Origin: a virus
Lineage: Duplodnaviria > Caudoviricetes
Length of the DNA: 64,000 bases
Reading direction: 5' to 3' (one strand)
Virus record (IMG/VR): IMGVR_UViG_641509434_000001
Span: 15,233-79,232 of that record
Shown: piece by piece, positions 1-10,340 of the stretch
Layout of the letters: each line of letters starts with the position of its first letter
Position numbering within the stretch: position 1 is the stretch's first letter
Program-made: the position numbers and the translations under genes
Notes under the pieces: model-generated
The model's input: only the letters and a program-made list of their open reading frames with translations
Told to the model about the DNA's origin: nothing
The model's database searches: none

Positions 1-1
1 A

Positions 2-470
2 AAAATCAAGTCAGCTAACCCATATCTGTATCAAGAAATTTGTGATAGAATCTCTAAGAGGAGTATCTATCTTACACATTATTTTGAAGATCAAATGACT
101 GTATTCTGGCAAACAGATGGTGGACTTTGCTTAATAAAAGACAACATAGATGTTACAAACATGATAGAAGAAAATCAAGATGTTGTAATAGAACAAGTTG
201 TAGGTAGAACTGTACATAAACTACCAAGAAGCTATAAACATAGATTTTTTACCACAAACTATGTTGGCTTCTAATAGAATATTTGCTTACTCTATATTTG
301 TAGGAAAATCTAAGAAAGATAGTACAATAAGTCAATATTATGCAAATAACTTCAAACTTTATTTGAAGAACATAATAAAAAATAATAGTATAAAAGGAGT
401 AGTAGATCTAGACATGTATGGTCTAATTAAGACTATAAGTGAGTTTAGCAATAATAATGATGGAAAATAG
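2..470 (+). CDS. 5'-truncated hypothetical protein, probably one gene with a frameshift at the T6 run (245-250)
   Basis: Frame 2 is open from the window start to ~274 and overlaps ORF 261..470 in another frame; the switch falls at a homopolymer. Confidence 0.45.
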
Positions 471-741
471 TAAGTCAATAAAAAATGCTAGTAAGATTTT
501 CACCTTAAGGTTTCAACTAGATTTAGATGAAATAAAAGAACTCAATGGTACATCTATTCAAGAAAACAAAGAATTCGCTTATAGAATTGATCATTCTGAT
601 GGGAAACATATTCATTCTGAGTTTTACTTTACTGAAGAATTTCTTAAATATGAAGATTTAATACTTAAGCATTTTGAAATGGAAGGCCTAGTAAATATAC
701 CAATGTATATAATGATAGACATCCTTTCTGGTTACCAGTGA
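439..741 (+). CDS. hypothetical protein
   Basis: 100-aa ORF filling the gap before the RNAP gene. Confidence 0.6.
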   Translation: MSLAIIMMENSKSIKNASKIFTLRFQLDLDEIKELNGTSIQENKEFAYRIDHSDGKHIHSEFYFTEEFLKYEDLILKHFEMEGLVNIPMYIMIDILSGYQ

Positions 742-754
742 TTGGAGGTTATAA

Positions 755-3217
755 TTGGTAGATTTAAACAAATTATCTGGGTTTGGGCAAAGAACTCTAG
801 ATAGCATATTCACAAGATCAAAACTAGAAAGTATGGTTGAAGAATATGAAAAAACAAAAATGAAAGAAACTATTGAAGATGCTGTAATTGATGAATTGCT
901 ATCTATTAGTAGCGTACCTACAGGAACAGTATCAATTCCTAACTTGAAATTGTCTTCTTCTAAAGTAGGAGATGAAGAATGGGAAGTAGAGATTAGCGGT
1001 GTTATTCAATCAACTATAGTTAAGAAAGGTATATGGTCTCCTTCGATAATGGTAAAACTAGAAGGCGTAGTCCCTAGAGAAAGACCAGTTATCAATGGTA
1101 AAATACCAGCATCTTCAGTAAAAGAAGACGAAGTAAACTCTGATTTATCAAACCCTAGATTAAGTACATTAGGTCTGTCTAGAGATGAAGTATCTAACAT
1201 AAAGAAATTTCTTGACAAAGAGGGCATTAGATATAAAGACAATTCTGACATGGGTCTGAATCAATATATTGAATTACGAGACATTCCTATGTCATCTGAC
1301 TTATCTTCATTAGGTACATATTCAGGTAGAATAACTTACCCAACAACGCAAGATTCTACAGACATGGGGATTACCCCCTTTGATCCTAGAACCCTTACAT
1401 TGTCAAACCCCACAATTGAATCTATTGCTGAGGGTAGCAAAGAAAAATTAGCTAACTCAAAAGCAGCTTCTATTATGTCTGACACGCCATTGAAAGTTTC
1501 TGAAGAATATGCAAAATCATTACCAGATGTTGTAAGTGGTAATGCTGATGCTGTACACAGTCAACTGACAAAACTTAGGTCTGATGACTTTAAGCGACTT
1601 AAGAATGCAGCAACTGAGTTAGAACCTTACATGAAAGATTCTAAATTTGCGGAAGCAGCAAGTAAAGGTAAGTCATTTGAGTATCAAGAACAACTGTCTG
1701 ATAGTGACAATAAGAAAATTGAAGCAATTAGAAAAAGATACAGTATTGATGCTGATGATTTGAAGAAGATTGCTATGTTTGACAAGAACAATCTTAAACT
1801 TTCAGATGGTCGTAATCTTAACATTCTTACTGATACAGAATCTTTTAGTGAGTCTAAATCATTATCAAATAATGCAAGACGTAAAAGTGACAATAAGATG
1901 AACTTCTCACTTCACACTATTAATGGTGAACGTATGTATGTTTATGGTGGTGACTCATTCTTGGACAATACAGACTTACGGGAAAATATTGCATTTGAAC
2001 CTAATAAGAAAAAAGCAAAACAAATTGCTTTATCTGAGAAAAAGATGAAAGAATATAACAGAAATCTTAATGAAGCATTAGGTGGAGCTCTTATTGAGGA
2101 TAAAGTCATCAATGGTGGTAAACATAAATATCGCAGTGATGAACTTGAAAACTTTGCAAAAGACTTCATGAAATCTGATATTGACTATGATAATCTTTCT
2201 CCACGTATTAAGACACTTATTAATGCTAAGAAGAAAGCAGAAAAAGGTGAGGTTGATACATCTACAGCAGTCACACTTGATGCGACCTTCTCTGGACTTG
2301 TTGTAACGTCAGGTATTCTTGGTCGTAAAGATGGACTTGATAAGGTCAACATTGTACCAGAAGGTGAAAAAGTAGGAGAAATGCATGACTTATATACTGA
2401 AGTCGGTAAAGACTTAATTAAAGATCTTACTGAGTATGGTATGGATAGTCATGCAGCACGTAAATTAGTTAAACCAGGTGTCATGCCTGCAATGTATAAC
2501 TCTTCTCAACGTGCACGTGCTACAAAACTTAGGGAAGAACTTAAAGACTATTTCCATGAGAAAACTGACATGAGTGAATCTGAGATTAAGGAAGCAATTA
2601 CTAAATTGAATCCAAACATTCAGAAGACAACTCAAGATGCGACAACTATTCTTATGGGTAAAGTCAATCCTAAAAGTATCATTGGTTTGAATAAGAAAGG
2701 CATTGTTAAATTATACAAACCAAAAGAAGGTACAGAACATGAAGGAGAAGTAGAAGAAATTAAGAACCCTACTGAAGATGACTTATTTCAAGTTTCGGCT
2801 TATAAGATTAAGCATCCAGATGGCAAAGTTTCATATTCTGCTAGAACTGAAAACAAAGTATCTAGAACTGTTGATGGTAAAATCTCAGTATCAAAAGATG
2901 CACTTTCAGTACCTTATGCTAAAGTCAATAAGATTGATAAGAATGGTAAAGCAAAATCACGTGATAATATGGGACTATTGATGAACTCAATGGCTCCAGG
3001 TATTGCACGTCACATGGACTCATATGTAGCTTCTACAGTTATCGAGAAAATGCATGACAAAGGTGTCCCAATCGTCACAGTTCATGACGCGATGATTGTT
3101 CCAGTATATGCAATGAACACTCTTAAAGATACTTACAATGACGCAGTCAACTCTCTATATAAATATACTGGTTCAGATATCAGAGTGGATGCTAGAAATA
3201 ACTTGAGTGTGGAATAA
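755..3217 (+). CDS. single-subunit (T7/T3-type) DNA-directed RNA polymerase, divergent
   Basis: C-terminal motif A VTLDATFSGL (cf. DGSCSGL), motif B ARKLVKPGVMPAMYNS (R-x3-K-x2-VM-x3-Y), APGIARHMDS, motif C IVTVHDAM; GGAGG RBS before TTG start. Confidence 0.85.
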   Translation: MVDLNKLSGFGQRTLDSIFTRSKLESMVEEYEKTKMKETIEDAVIDELLSISSVPTGTVSIPNLKLSSSKVGDEEWEVEISGVIQSTIVKKGIWSPSIMVKLEGVVPRERPVINGKIPASSVKEDEVNSDLSNPRLSTLGLSRDEVSNIKKFLDKEGIRYKDNSDMGLNQYIELRDIPMSSDLSSLGTYSGRITYPTTQDSTDMGITPFDPRTLTLSNPTIESIAEGSKEKLANSKAASIMSDTPLKVSEEYAKSLPDVVSGNADAVHSQLTKLRSDDFKRLKNAATELEPYMKDSKFAEAASKGKSFEYQEQLSDSDNKKIEAIRKRYSIDADDLKKIAMFDKNNLKLSDGRNLNILTDTESFSESKSLSNNARRKSDNKMNFSLHTINGERMYVYGGDSFLDNTDLRENIAFEPNKKKAKQIALSEKKMKEYNRNLNEALGGALIEDKVINGGKHKYRSDELENFAKDFMKSDIDYDNLSPRIKTLINAKKKAEKGEVDTSTAVTLDATFSGLVVTSGILGRKDGLDKVNIVPEGEKVGEMHDLYTEVGKDLIKDLTEYGMDSHAARKLVKPGVMPAMYNSSQRARATKLREELKDYFHEKTDMSESEIKEAITKLNPNIQKTTQDATTILMGKVNPKSIIGLNKKGIVKLYKPKEGTEHEGEVEEIKNPTEDDLFQVSAYKIKHPDGKVSYSARTENKVSRTVDGKISVSKDALSVPYAKVNKIDKNGKAKSRDNMGLLMNSMAPGIARHMDSYVASTVIEKMHDKGVPIVTVHDAMIVPVYAMNTLKDTYNDAVNSLYKYTGSDIRVDARNNLSVE

Positions 3218-3645
3218 TGGCATTTTTCAGTGGTTTTATGATGAGAGATGATAAGTTCTATGCAAAAGTTTTTCATGACACAGACTATCTCCTCATTGAT
3301 ATGAATACAGGAAAAGAGTACACATCTAAAGATGATTTCGATTTGTTAGATGAAGAGAGCACAAGAACTCTCAGAGGTGGCATATTCGCTTACATTTATA
3401 GTGATGTACTTTTTCAAGTAGGTTTAGCTTTGACTAAACAACAATATAGGTTAGCAAAAATGCTACATAGTGCTGTATGTAACTACATTGAGCAGGAATA
3501 CTTTGGATATGAAAGCCTTGTAGAATCATTGAGCATAGACTTCTCAGTTACTGTGTTTGCAGGAACATGTAGAATTGTTGATCATAGCAACCCCAAAAAG
3601 GAACTAGTAAAAGCATGGAAAAATGCTTGTGACTGGATATCTTGA
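3217..3645 (+). CDS. hypothetical protein
   Basis: 142-aa ORF coupled to the RNAP stop (TAATG). Confidence 0.7.
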   Translation: MAFFSGFMMRDDKFYAKVFHDTDYLLIDMNTGKEYTSKDDFDLLDEESTRTLRGGIFAYIYSDVLFQVGLALTKQQYRLAKMLHSAVCNYIEQEYFGYESLVESLSIDFSVTVFAGTCRIVDHSNPKKELVKAWKNACDWIS

Positions 3646-3654
3646 GTGGTTTTC

Positions 3655-3675
3655 GAGATACAAAAATTACTAATA
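3655..3675 (+). promoter_or_regulatory. putative phage RNAP promoter, variant copy (GAGATACAAAAATTACTAATA)
   Basis: Near-identical to seven other intergenic copies; directly upstream of the packaging/virion operon. Confidence 0.65.
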
Positions 3676-3712
3676 ACATTAATTAGCAAAACTACTAGAA
3701 AGGAGATTAGCT

Positions 3713-4840
3713 GTGGAAGATAATGATTACTGGTTGATAGAAAATTCCCCTTTTATAGATTTTCCTAAGATAATGAGTAAAGATTGGATAATTGGAGTAT
3801 TGATTACTGGACGCAATCAAGGAAAAACATTTGGTTGGTGGCATTATTTTTATAAAGCTGCATTTCCTACTAGAGAGGCATTTTGGAATGGTGAAATACA
3901 TGAAAAGTTTGGTTCTATAGTAGGTAATCTACTAGAAGTAACTACTACAGATATGCAAAAATCAGCAGAAGATGTGCTGATGCCATATCTTGAAACAGGT
4001 CAGCAGGTTGAATTAGTTGTTCGAAAAGCTCAATGCTATTTGAGAATAATTTCTATCAATAATAAAGGCTTTAAAGAAGTATACTATGAACAAGTCATAG
4101 GAGTATATGCTTCTTTATCTCAACCTAATACAATGCGCCGTATTGGTGAACAAGGTATTACACTTGTTCTTATTGAGGAGTGCAACCCTGAAAAGGAAAA
4201 TCATCCATTCGTAGGTAATGATACTTCTAAACTTTCATCTATCATAAAATCTATTACAAAAGGTAATGAAGATGAAAAACCAGTACGTATCCTCGCTATT
4301 GGTAACCAACAACTATTCCCATCAACAGTTCTTAAGTTTCTTAAGTTTGACGAAAATGACTTAGGTCTTAAAGATGGTCGATTATTCTTAATGGTTGACA
4401 GGCCTAAGGGGTTTAAGAAGAAATATGAAACTCTTATCTCAGATAATAGTGACTATGATAACTTTTCTAAACGTAAGTTAAATGATATTACTGAGCTAAA
4501 AGCTAAAAAAGAAACATATATTGAAAAATTTAAAGAAGTTCAACCAACAGTGTTTATTACAAACAACCAAGGAGTTTCTGTTGCTGGTTGGGTAACTCGC
4601 TTTGAAGGACGAGATGTACTATTTACAGTTTCTGATATTAAAGACTTATCAGAGTTCAGTGATAGTCTTGCTTATGAATTAAGTCCATTTACAGCAGAAC
4701 GTAAACGGTTTGCTATGCAGTTGGATATAGTAAGAAAGTACTACTATATGAACTCAGTTGTTGTAGGTAAAGACGACCGAGATACTTATTATAGTTTGAA
4801 CACTCTTGGATGTATTCCAAGCAAGAAAAGAGGAATTTAA
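3713..4840 (+). CDS. phi29-like DNA encapsidation (packaging) ATPase
   Basis: Walker A-like ITGRNQGKTFGW near the N-terminus, Walker B-like LVLIEE, LAIGN; 375 aa with no recognisable nuclease domain; upstream of connector and capsid genes. Confidence 0.75.
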   Translation: MEDNDYWLIENSPFIDFPKIMSKDWIIGVLITGRNQGKTFGWWHYFYKAAFPTREAFWNGEIHEKFGSIVGNLLEVTTTDMQKSAEDVLMPYLETGQQVELVVRKAQCYLRIISINNKGFKEVYYEQVIGVYASLSQPNTMRRIGEQGITLVLIEECNPEKENHPFVGNDTSKLSSIIKSITKGNEDEKPVRILAIGNQQLFPSTVLKFLKFDENDLGLKDGRLFLMVDRPKGFKKKYETLISDNSDYDNFSKRKLNDITELKAKKETYIEKFKEVQPTVFITNNQGVSVAGWVTRFEGRDVLFTVSDIKDLSEFSDSLAYELSPFTAERKRFAMQLDIVRKYYYMNSVVVGKDDRDTYYSLNTLGCIPSKKRGI

Positions 4841-5379
4841 TGAAATTAGATTATACAGTAAATTCTTTGAATGAAATAAAATCTAGTCGTCAAGGTGGAG
4901 TATTTAGTAGCATTCCTGACAAACCTTCAATTAAACGAAGTGAGCTAGGTGTTCCTTCAAATTTGCAAAAAGCAACTATGACTACTAAAGCAACATCATC
5001 AAACATGACGATGAAACAAAGAGTAGGGTCTAGCCATGTAGAAAATTCTATTGCTGTAATGACATCGGATAAGTCTCAAAGAAATTCAATAAGAAACTTT
5101 GGATGGAACCCATATTCTAAGGCTGACTTAGCATTACAAAAAGTAAGAAAGAATTTAAGTAACACAGATAGATTGGACTTTGTATCTAAATCTATTCACA
5201 ACACTGCTTTCCAAAACCTTACTCCTCAAGATAAACAAAACATTCAAAAGATTGCTTACAATGAGGATGCGGTTGCTAATATGCAGGCACAGAAAGCTGA
5301 TACGCCAACTGTGCAAGGTAATATCAAACAACCAAGAAATACTCAACAAAATCAACAAGGAGCAAATCAAAATGGATAA
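4840..5379 (+). CDS. putative internal virion protein, LDYTV leader + SRQGG motif
   Basis: Starts MKLDYTVNSLNEIKSSRQGG; Q/N-rich C-terminus. Confidence 0.65.
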   Translation: MKLDYTVNSLNEIKSSRQGGVFSSIPDKPSIKRSELGVPSNLQKATMTTKATSSNMTMKQRVGSSHVENSIAVMTSDKSQRNSIRNFGWNPYSKADLALQKVRKNLSNTDRLDFVSKSIHNTAFQNLTPQDKQNIQKIAYNEDAVANMQAQKADTPTVQGNIKQPRNTQQNQQGANQNG

Positions 5380-6013
5380 CAACTATCAAGTAGATATTAA
5401 TGCAAATGTAACTAATGGTTCTTCTCGTATGGGTGGTAAATTTGGTGAAACAATTGCTAGACAGCTTAATAAAAGCAATGAAAAAACTAAAGCACGACGT
5501 GATGCTTGGTCTAAGAAAAACCCACAACAAGCTAAATACATGCATGACCGTGGTAAATCAATCATTACGCCAGGTGAACGAGCAGTTAAAGCTGGTGTAG
5601 GAGTTGCTATGGGAGCAGCTGGTGCTGTAGCATCAAATGCTATTAAAACTTCTTTAAACAAGAAAGTCAATGACAAACTTGATGAAGAAGGTGTCACAAA
5701 TAAGTATGAACGAGACATGATCAACTCAACAGTTAATGGAGCAGTAACTTCTGCAACTAAAACTATTCCGCAAGGAATTAAAACTATGCGTGGTGGTTCT
5801 CGTCTTGGTGCAATTGGTCAAGGACTTATTGGTCGTGTTTATGACAAAAACTCTGAAATCTTTGTTAATGGTTTGTCACCAGAACAGTTATCAATCCTGT
5901 TGAAAATCATTCCAGAGACAGACATGGATGCTTTACATGAAGCTATTCCTGGTTCAGAAGGTCATGAACTTGCTTATATTCCAGTACAAACATTGAATAC
6001 AATGGGGTTATAA
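5372..6013 (+). CDS. putative internal virion protein, NYQVDI leader + SRMGG/SRLGA motifs
   Basis: AAGGAG RBS before ATG 5372; MDNNYQVDINANVTNGSSRMGG; Ala/Gly hydrophobic stretch. Confidence 0.7.
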   Translation: MDNNYQVDINANVTNGSSRMGGKFGETIARQLNKSNEKTKARRDAWSKKNPQQAKYMHDRGKSIITPGERAVKAGVGVAMGAAGAVASNAIKTSLNKKVNDKLDEEGVTNKYERDMINSTVNGAVTSATKTIPQGIKTMRGGSRLGAIGQGLIGRVYDKNSEIFVNGLSPEQLSILLKIIPETDMDALHEAIPGSEGHELAYIPVQTLNTMGL

Positions 6014-6014
6014 T

Positions 6015-7109
6015 ATGAGCAAATATGATTATACAGTAGATATCAATAATGAATTGGTAGAAGAAGGACGTCAAGGTAGTTCTAAAACTAGATTACTAGT
6101 AGGAGCTGCAGCAGGTGGACTTGCTGTTAATGCTCTTGCAGGTGGTGCTAGTAAGGTCGACAAACATATTGAAAGTGAATTTCATCATCCTGACAACCGT
6201 CAAGGTGGTTTTGGAGACTTCTTAGGTGGCATCAGGGGAATTGACCCAATTGCTGGCTTTAAAGGTGACTACAGTGGAGCTAAACAAGCATCTAAGTCTA
6301 GTAACTATCTTAAAGCAAATAAGAGTAGAGCCAACAACTTAAATGTTGACTTGAACCCAAGTGGTACCTTAGGTGGACCTACTACACAACAAGACTGGAA
6401 AGATGCTGACCAAATGACTAACTTAGCTCAAACTGGTCAACGTCGTAGATTGCAAACTAATACTGGTCGTACTGCTACACAAGGACAAGCTAATGTAGAT
6501 AATGCAAACATTCAATCACAAGTAGGTGCACAAAATGCACTAAATAATTACAATTCTACTAGTACATTGAATAATACAAATATACAAAATGCACAACTTG
6601 GCTTTGATTCTACAAATTATAGAAACACTGCCAATAGTAATATCGCAAGTAATAACTACGATTCTACTACTGCCCAAAATTCTGCTAAAGCTGCTGGAGC
6701 TATGAACTCTGCAGGTGTTGATATGTTTAAACAAGTCGCATCTGCTTATGATCCAAATGCTGTTGGTACAGATGGTGTTGCTGGTGGAGCATTACCAGAC
6801 ATTACTTCTGCTCTTGAGAAAGGTGCAAATGCACAAACTCAACTTGCACAATCTAATGCTAATGCTCTTGGTACACGTAACTCTGCATACAACTTGGCAG
6901 AATCAAGTAATGCTGTAGCCTATGGTGGAATGAATAGTGATATCCAAAGTGCTAATACTGGTACAGCTAAAGCATACGGAACTATGAATTCTATAAATAG
7001 TGCTCACAACACATACTTAGCTAATGCTCAAACAGGTGCTATCCAAGGTAATCTTAACAATGCCTTGCAAGGATATGACCTTGATGATTCATATAACTAT
7101 GGTAAATAA
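6015..7109 (+). CDS. putative ejection/pilot-like protein, YDYTVDI leader + RQGS/RQGG motifs
   Basis: MSKYDYTVDINN...GRQGS, then a hydrophobic A/G helix, NRQGG, and a long N/Q/A-rich region. Confidence 0.7.
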   Translation: MSKYDYTVDINNELVEEGRQGSSKTRLLVGAAAGGLAVNALAGGASKVDKHIESEFHHPDNRQGGFGDFLGGIRGIDPIAGFKGDYSGAKQASKSSNYLKANKSRANNLNVDLNPSGTLGGPTTQQDWKDADQMTNLAQTGQRRRLQTNTGRTATQGQANVDNANIQSQVGAQNALNNYNSTSTLNNTNIQNAQLGFDSTNYRNTANSNIASNNYDSTTAQNSAKAAGAMNSAGVDMFKQVASAYDPNAVGTDGVAGGALPDITSALEKGANAQTQLAQSNANALGTRNSAYNLAESSNAVAYGGMNSDIQSANTGTAKAYGTMNSINSAHNTYLANAQTGAIQGNLNNALQGYDLDDSYNYGK

Positions 7110-7148
7110 TAGTTATAACTAATAATATACTTATGAGGAGAGTTCATA

Positions 7149-7604
7149 ATGATTGAAACTTATTTTGAAAACGCAAATTCTACCATCGAGAAACTACACT
7201 CGATGTTTGATAGAATGATTAGCACAGCAGACTCTATTAGCTTAGAGTTTGTCTCAGATGAAGACTCTGTAGAGGTAGACATTGATGCTGCTTCTTCAGA
7301 CAATTCACGATTCCAAGCAGCTTGTGTGGCTGCTAAAGAAGCACTTAATGATATTCAAACTGGTATCACACAAACTAAGAACCGGTTTGATACATTATCA
7401 AGCACAGTTTCTAGACGTAAAGCACAATTAGAGTTTGTTGATAATTCAATGGCTAAAATTGCTGCTGCTGAAACCTCTAAAAATGCTGATGAACTTATTG
7501 ACGAAGTTACATCTCCTAAGAAAGACTTTGCTGCTCTTAAAGCACAATATCCAGACTTTACAGATGAACAAATCAATATTCTACTAAATGCAGGAGGTAA
7601 ATAA
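7149..7604 (+). CDS. coiled-coil protein (scaffold-like?)
   Basis: Helical, charged composition; GAGGAG RBS; head module. Confidence 0.55.
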   Translation: MIETYFENANSTIEKLHSMFDRMISTADSISLEFVSDEDSVEVDIDAASSDNSRFQAACVAAKEALNDIQTGITQTKNRFDTLSSTVSRRKAQLEFVDNSMAKIAAAETSKNADELIDEVTSPKKDFAALKAQYPDFTDEQINILLNAGGK

Positions 7605-7606
7605 TT

Positions 7607-8011
7607 ATGCCTAGTTACTTAACATCAAAAACATTTCCACAAAAATTACAACTTACACCAGATGAAATTTATGACATCATCAATGCGCCAATGAAAGAAA
7701 TGGAAAAATCTGACTTACTCAGTAATGACCAATCTATGATTGACTTAATTGTTGAAACTATGCCACCTAACTTATCAATGGAACTTTCTCGTGACATTAG
7801 TAAAATTCGTGACTTATTCCAACAACTTGTTGAAGATGATGAACGTTATGCTAAACTTGTAAAAGAAGCAGCATCTCGTGTAGGCTCAGTACGTGAAGCT
7901 ACTAGAGAAGAAGAAGATGAAGCACAGCAAAAACTTCGCGAAAGTGAAAATATGCAGAAGAAAGCTGAGGAATTACTGGAGAATGCTCGTAAAGCACGGG
8001 AGGGTAAATGA
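7607..8011 (+). CDS. coiled-coil protein, ends in AREGK
   Basis: E/K/R-rich helical C-terminus. Confidence 0.6.
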   Translation: MPSYLTSKTFPQKLQLTPDEIYDIINAPMKEMEKSDLLSNDQSMIDLIVETMPPNLSMELSRDISKIRDLFQQLVEDDERYAKLVKEAASRVGSVREATREEEDEAQQKLRESENMQKKAEELLENARKAREGK

Positions 8012-8676
8012 TGAACCCAAGATTAGACAGTAAATTTCGTGAAGAACTTCGCCACATGACTCCGAAGACTGCTTTGCTTACACACTTAATGGACTATTGG
8101 ACATCAGAAATCAAGCCCAACTTAGACGATTTTTCCACTATTGGCAAGGAAGTCAAGGTTGTAGGAAACAACACTGAAGATTACATCATCCTACATGATG
8201 ATGGTGTAGTCTTAATTGGGCAAATTGATTACTGCCACTATGGTCCCTTCAATGGATTCTCAAGTGGACCTCTTACTCCTCGTCAATTGAGTATTGGTAT
8301 TGATGTACTCAACAATCCTCGTATTATTCAGTTGATGAATCAGCAAGAAAAACGTAACAAGAAACGAGTAATTGCAACTACTCTTCCTATAGATTCTATT
8401 AATGTTGTAACACGTACGATTATTTCAGGTAACTACAGTTTTCCTATTTCAAATGTTGAAATTGATCAAGATTCTAAAACATTCATTATCAAAACATTGA
8501 AATCACGAGACAACAAACTTTACCAAGATTATCAATTAATTGAAAATATTATGCCTAAGGAGATTATTATAGATGAATCCCACAATAGACTTTCTAGTGT
8601 CGATTCAGGAGAGTTACAAAATTCCGCTAACAGCATCGGAAATGACCCTACTGAAGACACTCATTCAAAAGACTGA
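8008..8676 (+). CDS. hypothetical protein
   Basis: 222-aa ORF, GGGAGG RBS, ATGA overlap with the previous gene. Confidence 0.65.
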   Translation: MMNPRLDSKFREELRHMTPKTALLTHLMDYWTSEIKPNLDDFSTIGKEVKVVGNNTEDYIILHDDGVVLIGQIDYCHYGPFNGFSSGPLTPRQLSIGIDVLNNPRIIQLMNQQEKRNKKRVIATTLPIDSINVVTRTIISGNYSFPISNVEIDQDSKTFIIKTLKSRDNKLYQDYQLIENIMPKEIIIDESHNRLSSVDSGELQNSANSIGNDPTEDTHSKD

Positions 8677-9121
8677 TTCTCCTAAAATATTTGACGCACC
8701 AGAAGAGTTTGAATTCTTAATTGGAACAGCTGGTGTGGGATATGCTAAAATAAAACAAAGTAGTGATAAAGGACTATTTGAAGAAGCTCCTCTATCTGGA
8801 GTAACTCGTGATGGTTGGGCAAAAACCGGTGGAAAATATAGTTCACCACTTAATGTTGCAACATCATTGTCTTATTTCTACAATTACTTGAAATACAAGT
8901 ATGAACAACCTATTTTAGATGTAAGTCCCTATGGTCATCTTCCTAATCATCCTTTAAATTTGTTTATAAAGAACAACAGCCCCATTGTTAATATTCTACC
9001 TGAAGTCATTACTGACTATGTAGAGTATAATAAGTGGTCAATTCTTACAGTGGATAAAACTTACAAAGCATACATTCCTGTGGAAGATACTAGTAGGAAG
9101 GATATAATGGACATCGAATGA
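8573..9121 (+). CDS. hypothetical protein
   Basis: AAGGAG RBS upstream of ATG 8573; coupled to the connector gene. Confidence 0.65.
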   Translation: MNPTIDFLVSIQESYKIPLTASEMTLLKTLIQKTDSPKIFDAPEEFEFLIGTAGVGYAKIKQSSDKGLFEEAPLSGVTRDGWAKTGGKYSSPLNVATSLSYFYNYLKYKYEQPILDVSPYGHLPNHPLNLFIKNNSPIVNILPEVITDYVEYNKWSILTVDKTYKAYIPVEDTSRKDIMDIE

Positions 9122-10077
9122 CATTTTTAGAAACTGATGCCAGAGAAGTCATTGAAACTTTTACAAATCAGAATCTACATAGATTTTATAATATGCTTCC
9201 AACTATGATTACTTGGGAGTGTGCTAACAAAGACCCAGACTATAGATTATCTTCAATGCAAGTTGAAAAGAATTTACGACTAGGTACAGGTCTTTGTGTA
9301 CTAGGTAGAGATATTGCAAATAACTTTACTTACTTATCTGACAACTTAACTCGCCCATTTCCTGGTATTGTCCCTCTTTGTGAGTGGAAACCAGAAAATA
9401 TGACAATCGCTGGTGCAGAAAACCCAGGTGCACCTCTTATCATTGTGACAAATCAAACTCCAATGATATCTCAAAGACTAGCTATGGATATTAGACGTGG
9501 TATCATATCAGGTCTATCTTCTGACCTTGCAGCTATTAGAATTGCAAGTGAAGAAATTGGAACTTTACAGTACTTACGTTATGCTAATGCAACTCAATTG
9601 AACAGACAAGCATTTATCTCTGGTCCATCCAAAGAAGCAGTTCGTGATACTCAAGAACAAATTCAAAGTTTATCTCCATTTGTAGGAATTGTAACTACTG
9701 ATGAAACATCTACTAATGCTAGCAATTTTGTAGAAGGCTCAATTACATCTCAGTCAATCAACAGTGTTGACAGAATGCAATCCTTTACGCAACAAATGGA
9801 CTCAATTGAAAGAAACTTACTTACTCAGTTAGGTGTTCCTACAATGGAAACTTCTAATGAACGACGTGTTCAAGCAGAAGTTGAAGCACTTAAGTCTGAA
9901 CCTCAAGTATATGCAGCAACTTATCAAAAACCTCGAGAAGAATCAGCTCGTCTTATTCTAGAATCTGAAGGTTACGAAGTTAAGCCTGTATTTACAATGT
10001 CATGGCAACAACCAATGTATCCAGGTAGCTCTGCTCTTATGGGACTTGGTCAGTTACCAATGAATCCAGTTCAATAG
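9118..10077 (+). CDS. phi29-like upper collar / connector (portal) protein
   Basis: 319 aa; NMLPTMITWE near the N-terminus and LLTQLGV-x6-NERRVQAEVE resemble phi29 gp10 family motifs; lies between ATPase and capsid. Confidence 0.7.
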   Translation: MTFLETDAREVIETFTNQNLHRFYNMLPTMITWECANKDPDYRLSSMQVEKNLRLGTGLCVLGRDIANNFTYLSDNLTRPFPGIVPLCEWKPENMTIAGAENPGAPLIIVTNQTPMISQRLAMDIRRGIISGLSSDLAAIRIASEEIGTLQYLRYANATQLNRQAFISGPSKEAVRDTQEQIQSLSPFVGIVTTDETSTNASNFVEGSITSQSINSVDRMQSFTQQMDSIERNLLTQLGVPTMETSNERRVQAEVEALKSEPQVYAATYQKPREESARLILESEGYEVKPVFTMSWQQPMYPGSSALMGLGQLPMNPVQ

Positions 10078-10157
10078 AAAAAGGGTATTATGACACTAAT
10101 AATTGCTGGTAGAGACCCAACGTCATTACTAGAATATCTAGAGAAAGGAGAAATTTC

Positions 10158-10340
10158 ATGAACAAGTTTGATTTTACAGTTTATGCAAAAATCAAAGCTA
10201 AACGTGATGAAGCAGTGAAAGATTTGCGAAAAATTAACTTATCAACAGATAAGTCTGTGGATAGAACTGCTGAAATCTCTGCTATTACTAGCTTAATTTC
10301 TGCACTTAATGCTCAACTGCAGGAGATTGTATATGGCTAA
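10158..10340 (+). CDS. small protein with FDFTV leader variant
   Basis: AAAGGAG RBS; MNKFDFTVYAK. Confidence 0.6.
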   Translation: MNKFDFTVYAKIKAKRDEAVKDLRKINLSTDKSVDRTAEISAITSLISALNAQLQEIVYG

